Positions 50,571-58,452 of a stretch of 64,000 nucleotides of DNA are shown one piece after another. This DNA comes from a virus. The position numbers and the translations under genes are program-made. The notes beneath the pieces were generated by a model. It saw only the letters and a list, made by a program, of their open reading frames with translations. It was not told where the DNA came from and searched no databases. Every line of letters starts with the position of its first letter. Position 1 is the stretch's first letter. The stretch is from positions 9,458 to 73,457 of the IMG/VR virus record IMGVR_UViG_3300032282_002092. One strand, given 5' to 3'.

Positions 50571-51392
50571 TTACATGCCCTCCAAATCCAGTTTTAACTG
50601 GTTTTCATCTACTCCACGCTTACGCCGTTTACCGGCAGTAGAGGTGAGTGCGTGTTCGATACGGTCATAGTTGGCTAGAGGAATGTTGCCGGTACGGTTG
50701 ACGTGGCTACGAGCGAGAGAGTAAAGCCGTTGCATTTCTGGAGACTTCTCTTTAAACAGTTTCGGATATCCAGAAACGCTCATACCCTTAGGTATTCCGC
50801 TGTAGCGGTCGGCGTAGCCGTCTGCAATCCCTTCCACAATAGGATCAGCCGTTCCACCCTTGAACTCAACACCACGCTGCTTATCGTCGTTTGCGGATTC
50901 CATGTGTTCCCAATACTGGGGATGTGACTGCCAATGCTTGGCATGACCAATTTCGTGAGCCATTGTCCGTTGCCAAATATGGGCTTTATTAGGATTCACT
51001 AAATCTGTGTAGTTGACAACAATGCGCCCAGATAAACCATTACCAATTGTTCCGAACGCAGCGCTTGCGTCGTAATCCTTCTTTAGGGCGATCTTCATAT
51101 CCATATCGTTGAGGTCGGCAAGATGCTGAAGAGGAATTTTCGACGCAATAATCGGCATAGCAGCCCGTGCGTACAACTTCCCTAACGCTTTGCGCATATC
51201 TGGGGAAGCGCTTTCTGGCATCTCGGGGAACAACTTTGCCGTGAGATCAATACGACGATTGGCGCTAATCGGGTCATCGATCATGCCGGTACCGGTATTA
51301 GGGTGGAACAACTGGCCCCTACCCTGCTTATCCCAATAAAAACCGTGCTCGTCCGGTGTGGGTTCCTCGTCGTAATGTGCCTCTTCAGTCAC
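50571..51392 (-). CDS. Zincin-like metallopeptidase
   Basis: RTMAHEIGH...PIVEGIADGY. Confidence 0.7.
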   Translation of the reverse strand: MTEEAHYDEEPTPDEHGFYWDKQGRGQLFHPNTGTGMIDDPISANRRIDLTAKLFPEMPESASPDMRKALGKLYARAAMPIIASKIPLQHLADLNDMDMKIALKKDYDASAAFGTIGNGLSGRIVVNYTDLVNPNKAHIWQRTMAHEIGHAKHWQSHPQYWEHMESANDDKQRGVEFKGGTADPIVEGIADGYADRYSGIPKGMSVSGYPKLFKEKSPEMQRLYSLARSHVNRTGNIPLANYDRIEHALTSTAGKRRKRGVDENQLKLDLEGM

Positions 51393-51426
51393 GATCTATC
51401 TTCTTTCCCATACCGTTCCCTAGCCA

Positions 51427-52095
51427 TTATATATCAAGGTTTTTATCTTCAGTGAACTGGAACCGCTTACGTGGATCGAAATAACCATGCTTGGTATCTG
51501 CTATGTCGTCAATGTGCTTGCCAAGCACTATTCCACTTTTTCCAACACCATACGAGAAGTGGGAGCCAGTAATAATGGGAGGATTACTGCGTATTTGAGC
51601 ACGTTTAAATAAACCAGTTTCAGTTACTTCGGGATCAACCTTTAATGATCCCCCCTTTAATCCTTGCCGTATCAAATTAATATGGTCTTGGATTGCGGCA
51701 CCCAAATGATGTGGACCCTCCATTGGTATACGGTCATCATCGTAGCCCCGGTAAACCTGTTCTCCGTGCCGATCTTGAACGCCCCACGTAAAGGGTGGGG
51801 CCATCGTCCATGAGGGACGATTGGTGCCAATTCCTCTACCCTCCATTAACATTTCCGTAACAAGACCGTTTTTATGGGCGAGATGAAAACCTAGGGTTTC
51901 TTCTTCTGGATTTGTTTCGTCATCTGAAAAATATCCGTAATCACCCGCTTCAATAGGGTAAAGGCGACCTCCCACTCGGACATGCCGTGGGGTACGGAAG
52001 TTTATGCCAGCCTCAACTTGAGCGCGAGTAAACAGGTGAGTCATATTTTCAGGGCTGTATGGCATCCCTCGTCTGGGTCCAAGCATGTGAGTCAC
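51427..52095 (-). CDS. Array family B member
   Basis: VGG...P, AHKNG, GPHHL.....H and G.FD...FQFTE motifs. Confidence 0.6.
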   Translation of the reverse strand: MTHMLGPRRGMPYSPENMTHLFTRAQVEAGINFRTPRHVRVGGRLYPIEAGDYGYFSDDETNPEEETLGFHLAHKNGLVTEMLMEGRGIGTNRPSWTMAPPFTWGVQDRHGEQVYRGYDDDRIPMEGPHHLGAAIQDHINLIRQGLKGGSLKVDPEVTETGLFKRAQIRSNPPIITGSHFSYGVGKSGIVLGKHIDDIADTKHGYFDPRKRFQFTEDKNLDI

Positions 52096-52113
52096 TTCCG
52101 ATCAAATGAGGGA

Positions 52114-52148
52114 ACGGTACCAATCATTATACTGATGATTGGTACCGT
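52114..52148. repeat. Perfect 14-bp inverted repeat enclosing a -10 hexamer
   Basis: ACGGTACCAATCAT-tatactg-ATGATTGGTACCGT; the minus strand reads TATAAT across the loop. Confidence 0.8.
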
Positions 52149-52157
52149 ATGCAGGTA

Positions 52158-52877
52158 TTAGATGCCGGGAAGTCGCTCTCCAAAAAATGGGGCTAAATCG
52201 TGCTCCCTCTCCTTATCCCTGCCCAAAATCCTTCTTAAATGTGACTTAGCAAGGTGAAGATCGTTTTCTGGCACTGTGTGTTTGTCTAAATCAAACTTGA
52301 CACCCATTATACTACCCAAATTATCAGCCGCTCGGTTATTGGTCCAATCCCACCCCGGCATCCAAGTGGTAGATAACGTGTCGCTAAAATCGTGGTTGTT
52401 AATTTGTTCAGCGTGAACATTTCTGGGATTAGGAATAATAAGCCCACTCTGTAATCCACGCTTGGCTAGGCGGGAACTAAAGTGTGAGAGGTTTCGATCT
52501 GCTGTCAGGGGTGACAGTTCACGGTGTGCCATAGCCAACAACATGGGAACAGCATGCCGCATATTAGGGTGTGCGAACGCCGTAACGTAATTACCGGGCT
52601 TTACAGAAAACAATGTTTCTGGATCTGGGTAATCACCGTAACGTTCTTGGGCACCGTGGTCGTCAAACATCCATGAAGGCGATACTTCCATGCCGTGCTT
52701 GTCTCTGTTATAAAAATTAGTCCAGATATCTGGGTGCTCTACAGACACGATTGCTGCATAGTGCCGAGCGAGAGTGTCACCCTCTAGCGGCTTTCCTATA
52801 GCGGCATATTCCGTAGTACCCCTAAGGATGCTTTCAGCATGGGGAGCGGGTTGGACGTTTCTCAAATATTTGATCAT
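52158..52877 (-). CDS. Array family A (GNAT-like)
   Basis: ETLF..PG...AFAHPNMRH...LLAMAH...LS.FSSRLAKRG...GLIIPNP. Confidence 0.65.
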   Translation of the reverse strand: MIKYLRNVQPAPHAESILRGTTEYAAIGKPLEGDTLARHYAAIVSVEHPDIWTNFYNRDKHGMEVSPSWMFDDHGAQERYGDYPDPETLFSVKPGNYVTAFAHPNMRHAVPMLLAMAHRELSPLTADRNLSHFSSRLAKRGLQSGLIIPNPRNVHAEQINNHDFSDTLSTTWMPGWDWTNNRAADNLGSIMGVKFDLDKHTVPENDLHLAKSHLRRILGRDKEREHDLAPFFGERLPGI

Positions 52878-53578
52878 TACTGACCCCTTTTACGGTGTTC
52901 AGAGATAATAGAGCGCAAATGGTGTCGGGCCGCTGCCACTTCTATCGATGGAACACGGTCCTCAATTGGATGGAATGACCTACCGGTAACAACGCCCCTG
53001 CTGGTATCCAACAACCCATGCTCTTTCCGCAGTTCAGGCGGCTCGTAGACGATGTTGCTCCAATTAGAGGCTGCTGTGGTATCTGCATACGGATTCTCTG
53101 GGTTCGGAACGACCAGCCCACGCTCCTGCCCCCACTTGGCTAAACGTGAACTGTGCTTGGAAAGAATTTCGGATGGCTGAAGCATTCGGTGCTCCATATG
53201 GGCCATAGCGAGCAAAGTGGGCATCGTGTGGCGCATATTAGGATGTGCGTATGCGCTAAGAATAGTTCCCGGTATATGCGTAAACAGCGTGTCAGGCTCT
53301 TCAAACTCCAGATCGTCAGGACTGCTCTCAGGAATAAGTCTCCGCAAATGCTCCCGATGTTCCCAAGAGTGAACAACAGACTGGTTCGATGACCAAGTGG
53401 CGTTTTCCCAGTTAGTGATGGAGGTCGGCGCAGATACCTGCAACAGTGCAGCGGGACGGTTACCGGTACCGTATGTGCCATCATGCTGGCGTACCCCACG
53501 ATTACTGACTGCCGCATACCAAGACGAGGCCGTACCGTGCTTGGCGCTACCTGTCCGGTTTCTTAAATACATAGTCAC
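52877..53578 (-). CDS. Array family A (GNAT-like)
   Basis: AYAHPNMRH...LLAMAH...SSRLAKWG; start re-called at the GTG after AAAGGA (MTMYLRNR). Confidence 0.65.
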   Translation of the reverse strand: MTMYLRNRTGSAKHGTASSWYAAVSNRGVRQHDGTYGTGNRPAALLQVSAPTSITNWENATWSSNQSVVHSWEHREHLRRLIPESSPDDLEFEEPDTLFTHIPGTILSAYAHPNMRHTMPTLLAMAHMEHRMLQPSEILSKHSSRLAKWGQERGLVVPNPENPYADTTAASNWSNIVYEPPELRKEHGLLDTSRGVVTGRSFHPIEDRVPSIEVAAARHHLRSIISEHRKRGQ

Positions 53579-53668
53579 GGTATGTCCTTTGCAAAAAAAA
53601 TTTGATACACACACTGAGTGATGAAGCGCACTACTATCAGTCACAAAGAGTGAATATGTATACCCATA

Positions 53669-54238
53669 TTAGTGTATTGAACGCGGATCTACAAGAAACT
53701 CTTCTTCTGGACGACGACTCTTCCCAACAGTACGTGTACGTACACCGTGCTCCAGAAGCGATACCCCCCGTACCGAACCGGGTTCCTGTTTCCATACCCT
53801 GCCGGTAGGACCGCTGTACGACGGCTTTGCAAACGAGCGTGCTACGAACCTGTCGGTAGTAAACGACTGTGGATAATCGGGAGCAAGATCGGCCAGTTCC
53901 AGAGGTGAACGCTTGTCGCCACGGTACAATGGCAAGTCATTGGGCCTGCCGTGTATGCGCATGTTGGCATCAAAGGCAATAATGTTCTTGGCTACAGCAT
54001 TCGGTTGCCCCACAAGGAATGACCGGTGGTCGGAAGCCCATCGCCGTAATTGGCGGTCAAACGGCTCTACCTTCAACTCTTCCATGTTTACGGGTCTATG
54101 CCACTTACCGTAGTACTCAGCAGCCTCGTCCGGTGACAACACTTGCCCCTCAGAATTACGCACATGACCGGTCAGTGCCTGTCCCAAAGACATTCCATGA
54201 AGTCTGGAGAACTGGTGGCTAAGAATAATGGGTTGCAT
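53669..54238 (-). CDS. ADP-ribosyltransferase, R-S-E type
   Basis: LYRG...SFTTD..VA..FA...G.V....EEEFLV. Confidence 0.7.
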   Translation of the reverse strand: MQPIILSHQFSRLHGMSLGQALTGHVRNSEGQVLSPDEAAEYYGKWHRPVNMEELKVEPFDRQLRRWASDHRSFLVGQPNAVAKNIIAFDANMRIHGRPNDLPLYRGDKRSPLELADLAPDYPQSFTTDRFVARSFAKPSYSGPTGRVWKQEPGSVRGVSLLEHGVRTRTVGKSRRPEEEFLVDPRSIH

Positions 54239-54979
54239 TTAGCGCCACCATTCCATACCGGGCAACGGGGTGCCGTGCGGCTTGGACTCCTCCTCAACGG
54301 GCTTGTTCCTGCGCAGCAGGTGCCTGAGGTGGTCCTTTGCGGCAAACACGTCTAGATCGGGCATCTTGTCATCCTCCCAGTCCCAATCGTCATTACCGAT
54401 CATGCCACGAGCATTCGTGGGCTTATCGTTCTCATCATCCCATGACGGCGTCCACACACTGCTTGCCCAAGCGGAATCAAAGTTCAGGCCGTTAGTCGGG
54501 CGGTTGCTGGGGTTTGCCCTGTTTTGAACAATCAGACCCATGTCCATACCACGCTGTGCCAAACGGGAACTGTAGATAGATAGACTGTTGGAAGGTTTGA
54601 GCATTCCAAAATCTCTGTGCGCAGCGGCCAACAGGGTCATAATGTGTGGGCGCATATTGGGATGGGCAAACGCCCTTTCGATAGTGCCCGGTTCGTGCCT
54701 GAACAACACGTCTGGGTCGTCTCGCATCTGATACGCATTGTTATGTGAATGTGCTTCACGCTCCGCATCCTCCCAGAGGGCTGAAGGTCGCTTTCCACCG
54801 CTATCAAATGCGGCATTGATCTTGGGGTGGTACACCTCTATGGTTGCAGCCTCACGGGTCGGAAAACGGTGACCAACCGTGTCCTCTGTGGGGCGACCGA
54901 TAGCGGCATAAACAGTCGCACCGTGCGGATTACCGGCCCAGTCACGGGTTGCCTCTCGCCGACGAAGATAACGGATCAT
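54239..54979 (-). CDS. Array family A (GNAT-like)
   Basis: AFAHPNMR...LLAAAH...PSNSLS.YSSRLAQRG; start re-called at MIRYLRRR (alternative 54994). Confidence 0.65.
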   Translation of the reverse strand: MIRYLRRREATRDWAGNPHGATVYAAIGRPTEDTVGHRFPTREAATIEVYHPKINAAFDSGGKRPSALWEDAEREAHSHNNAYQMRDDPDVLFRHEPGTIERAFAHPNMRPHIMTLLAAAHRDFGMLKPSNSLSIYSSRLAQRGMDMGLIVQNRANPSNRPTNGLNFDSAWASSVWTPSWDDENDKPTNARGMIGNDDWDWEDDKMPDLDVFAAKDHLRHLLRRNKPVEEESKPHGTPLPGMEWWR

Positions 54980-54983
54980 AGTC

Positions 54984-55634
54984 TCAGTTGACATCCTTCC
55001 ATGTATGGTTCTTTTCGGTAAAGCGTGATCCCTTCCCGAGATCGAAGGAGCCATGTGCCAAGTTGGACCATAATCCGTACAAGGATCCATGAATAGTGTT
55101 CGGATTAGCATTTGCGTACTTGGTCTGCATACGTAACTGGAGTTCACCATAATCAATAGGATTTTTATTTTTACGTAAGTGTTCGTCCACTGCATTGAAG
55201 TGCCTGCCTAGCAGCGCCCGTAGATGCACAGGGTTGTCGATAGTGAAGTCCGTAGAATCAATGGCTTGGTCCGTCTCACCCGTCATAGTAAATTTCAACG
55301 GGTTCACAACCGTACGGAGACGTACATGAGCCAGTCCCTCGTTCTCACGAACATGATAAAGGGTCAGATCGGAACGCAGTCCGGTTTCGTGAGGGATCTG
55401 TACATGGAGCATTCCGTGCCGTGCCCCACCCGAGGCATAATCCTCACCGGGGGCGACCACTCTGTTGCGTTCCTGTTCTACGATATAGCGAGAGCCACCG
55501 GGAATGGTTGGGATATGAATACCACCGATATTCATGCGACGAGCGTCCATATCGATGCCCAACTGGTTCCTGAAGGTCAACAGGTGACCCCTGAAACGGT
55601 CAGCAAAGTCACTTCTACGGGGATCAAGCACCAT
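54984..55634 (-). CDS. Array family B member
   Basis: MVLDPRRSDF.DRFR.H, IPHETG, LRALLG.HF and FTEK motifs. Confidence 0.75.
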   Translation of the reverse strand: MVLDPRRSDFADRFRGHLLTFRNQLGIDMDARRMNIGGIHIPTIPGGSRYIVEQERNRVVAPGEDYASGGARHGMLHVQIPHETGLRSDLTLYHVRENEGLAHVRLRTVVNPLKFTMTGETDQAIDSTDFTIDNPVHLRALLGRHFNAVDEHLRKNKNPIDYGELQLRMQTKYANANPNTIHGSLYGLWSNLAHGSFDLGKGSRFTEKNHTWKDVN

Positions 55635-56274
55635 GCTCGTACCTCATTTTTTCAGTGAACTTCATGTTGTTCGTCATGTCAAATGTTCCCGTAACCAACT
55701 CACTGGGACCGAACGTCTTAGCACCTACGTTATGGACTCCCAGCGCCCTGCCACGATGAACACTGTCGGTGCTGAGGTCACGGATTCTTGCAATACGCTC
55801 ATAATCCTCAGGTTCCTCACGGATGCGTTCGTTCAATGACTTGAAGTGTTCTCCCAGCAGCGCTCGCAGTGATTGTGCTGACGAATGAATGTCAAAAGCA
55901 CTGCGATTATGTATAGTCGTGTCGATTGGCTTGACCCTATTACTCAGCGGATAGGTGCTCGTATTCACACTGGCAAGGGCAGTACCCTCCTTGGGACGTA
56001 CATGTCCGATGAGTAGGGCGGTACGGTGCCCCGTCTCGTGCGGAATCTCCACGTTGTATTCCCCGTGATACGGAGTCCCAACCTCAATGCTCAGTGGTGT
56101 CTCTCTCCCACTGTTGTCAACATCGTAGTGGTGAGTACCAGAAATGATGGGAATACGATAATTACCCAGTCCTAGGTGCCGCTCCCCGATGTCCAGATCG
56201 AACATGTTCGTGAAATTGGTAAAATGTTCCCTGAACCTGTCAGGAAAGTCACTCCGACGTGGATCTAGCACCAT
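55624..56274 (-). CDS. Array family B member (tandem paralogue)
   Basis: Same motifs and the same 216-aa length as its neighbour; GGAG ribosome-binding site. Confidence 0.75.
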   Translation of the reverse strand: MVLDPRRSDFPDRFREHFTNFTNMFDLDIGERHLGLGNYRIPIISGTHHYDVDNSGRETPLSIEVGTPYHGEYNVEIPHETGHRTALLIGHVRPKEGTALASVNTSTYPLSNRVKPIDTTIHNRSAFDIHSSAQSLRALLGEHFKSLNERIREEPEDYERIARIRDLSTDSVHRGRALGVHNVGAKTFGPSELVTGTFDMTNNMKFTEKMRYEHGA

Positions 56275-56279
56275 TTGTG

Positions 56280-57240
56280 TCTCCCAAAGCGGTATGCACG
56301 TATATCACCATATTAGCCGACCGACCATTCCCGCAGACAGGAAAGTTGCCGAAATTACCCTAAAAACACCCGGCATAGCCAAATATGGCTCAAAAACACC
56401 CGAAAATGCCCGAATATGCAAAAATCATAGGCTCTAAGGCACTATTTCTAGGATTTTCATAGAAATTGCTCATAGGGCACTACTTTGGTGCATTTTTCAT
56501 ATCGCCTATACACGTCCCCTAGGGCATCTGCGGGAATGGTCGGATCTTAATGGTGGGGGGTGTCTGCGGGAGGGGTCGGGCCACCGGGGACGCCGGTGCG
56601 CTGCGGCGCTCGCCCACGGGGCATGTCGCCGTATGGGAACGGCACATGGGGCACGAAACCGGGCTATGGGTGGCTCCTACTCACCAGAGAGAGGACACAC
56701 ACCAGAGGCCCACGTTTCGGTGGCATGTGGAATACCTATGCACTCGCATGCATGGCATGTTGCATATCCATACAGACCTATGCATTGGTCACTGCACTAC
56801 TCAGAATGCAACCTCGTGCGAGACTTTCTGCACACATGCGTAGGGCAACATGGGTGGTTCGACCTGTGTGAGTTGCTACTGGGCTGTGGCTCTGTGTGCT
56901 CTCGCTGCTGCTGCTGCTGCTGTGTGCCTGTCTCCTGTCTGTCTCTCTCTCCTGTCTCGTGGGTCATCCCCCCGGCCCCGGTTTCGGGGACCAGTGGGAA
57001 TCCCACACGGTGGAATGTGTGCTCAAATATGGATTTGCCACGAGAGGTGTCTGTGTGGCTTTCTCACATGCCGTTCTGGATCGTCGGCTGTACGCATGCT
57101 TCCCCTCCATGTGCTCCTCCATATGGGGCTTACAGAGGCCTCTCATGGGATTTCCATATCTCCCTTAGCCCCGAATTCGGTGGCCCAGAAATGCGAAAGC
57201 CCCCGGCCCTGTGTGGACCGGGGGCTTTGGGGCTGTGGGG
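56280..57240. other. Long non-coding, low-complexity junction with a compositional shift
   Basis: No credible ORF; short repeats (AAAAACACCCG twice, GGCACTA twice), a (CTG)n run and a CT-rich tract; GC content rises visibly from about 56520. Confidence 0.6.
57196..57228 (-). terminator. Terminator hairpin
   Basis: AAAGCCCCCGG...CCGGGGGCTTT downstream of the 57245 stop. Confidence 0.75.
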
Positions 57241-57244
57241 CTGG

Positions 57245-58105
57245 TCAGTCCTTGCTGGCCGTCTTCACCATCTTGGCGGTGACGGCATCGGGAGTCTCAC
57301 CGGTCTTGGCAGCGAGCGCCAGTGCGACGGTGGCGACACTGGCGTGCAGTGCGACCATCTGCTCTGCGGTGATGCGGTCGCCGTAGTAGCGAGCGTCACG
57401 CAGTTCGCTGATCGCCCAGTTGCGAGCGGCGACTGCGGTCTTGAAGTACTCCTTGCGGCCGTACTTGTCGGTGACCACGAGTTCACTGCCATCGACCGTT
57501 GCCGCCTTTGCGATGCGCTTGGCCTCACGCTCTGCCTTGGCTGCTGCACGCTCCTCTGCGGCGATCTTGGAAGCCTTGGAGGTGCCGTTCGTCCACTCCA
57601 CGGGAGCAGACGGGAAGCAGACCGAACAGAGGATTTCGCCGTGCGCTTCGACCGCATCGGCCTCCGTCATTCCCGACAGTTCGGGGAGCCATGCGAACGT
57701 GGTGGACGACAGGCAGGTGTGGCAACCCATGTGGCTGTGGACGTGACCGGCCGACGAGGTGACGAGGAAGAAGCGCGACCAGCGGTGCTCCACGAACAGG
57801 GCGGCGAGCGGCTGCATGTCCTCACGGATGCGAGCGATCTCCGCGTCGGCTGCATCAGCGGCGGCGCGGGCCTCCTGCTGGCGGTGGAGGTTGTACGACT
57901 CAGGGGCGACGTACGCACGGGCCGCGTTACGGGTGCCGCTCCACGCTCCACGGCGGTCCTGCGTGTGACCGGCAATGCGGTGGAGGGTGGCGTAGGCGTT
58001 GGCCCACTTGCGGTTGGCGTTGAATGCCTCACTCTCCAGCGCAGCGAGGGCCGTGTCGGTGGCGAGGGCGAGGGTGTGGATGTCGGTGGTGGTGGTGTGT
58101 GTCAT
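57245..58105 (-). CDS. Hypothetical protein with a His/Cys metal-binding motif
   Basis: WSRFFLV...GHVH...CHTC...LCSVCFPSAP; leaderless start MTHTTTT. Confidence 0.7.
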   Translation of the reverse strand: MTHTTTTDIHTLALATDTALAALESEAFNANRKWANAYATLHRIAGHTQDRRGAWSGTRNAARAYVAPESYNLHRQQEARAAADAADAEIARIREDMQPLAALFVEHRWSRFFLVTSSAGHVHSHMGCHTCLSSTTFAWLPELSGMTEADAVEAHGEILCSVCFPSAPVEWTNGTSKASKIAAEERAAAKAEREAKRIAKAATVDGSELVVTDKYGRKEYFKTAVAARNWAISELRDARYYGDRITAEQMVALHASVATVALALAAKTGETPDAVTAKMVKTASKD

Positions 58106-58161
58106 GCCGGGGAGCGTATCGGGCAATGCGCTCACCACAACCTCAGTGCGCAGATTTCTGG
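58106..58161 (-). promoter_or_regulatory. Cassette promoter P1
   Basis: CCAGAAATCTGCGCACTGAGG-TTGTGG-N16-TACGCT-N7-ATG. Confidence 0.7.
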
Positions 58162-58264
58162 CTCGAGACTCAGCAGGCGCTGTGTTGGCCTGTGGGCATA
58201 TCGGGCTATCAGCAGAGCGTGAGCACGTTTGCGTGGCTCTGAGCGCATTCTGGAGGCCTCTCCG

Positions 58265-58390
58265 TCAGGCCTTGCCCTTGTCCTTGTCCTTGCGGACCTG
58301 CTCCCCGGCGGCCGTCAATTTGGCGGCGAACGCATCGACCGGGCTGGTCCGCTTGGTCTTCTTCTTGGGTGTCTTCTTGGGTTCAGTCAT
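58265..58390 (-). CDS. 41-aa Lys-rich peptide (not in the ORF track)
   Basis: TAATTT-N7-ATG; MTEPKKTPKKKTKRTSPVDAFAAKLTAAGEQVRKDKDKGKA; high-GC codon bias. Confidence 0.55.
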   Translation of the reverse strand: MTEPKKTPKKKTKRTSPVDAFAAKLTAAGEQVRKDKDKGKA

Positions 58391-58406
58391 GGCCCCGAAA
58401 TTACAA

Positions 58407-58437
58407 CAGCCCCACCCCCGTGCTGGGGATGGGGCTG
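58407..58437 (-). terminator. Terminator-like hairpin
   Basis: CAGCCCCA.CCC...GGG.TGGGGCTG after the 58453 stop. Confidence 0.65.
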
Positions 58438-58452
58438 CGGTGCCGGGATGGC

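Noticed and set aside
45582-56274. Diversity-generating retroelement or integron as the source of the paralogue array
   Set aside because: No reverse transcriptase or integrase in the window, no near-identical template/variable repeat pair with adenine-only differences, and no repeated attC-like sites between genes.
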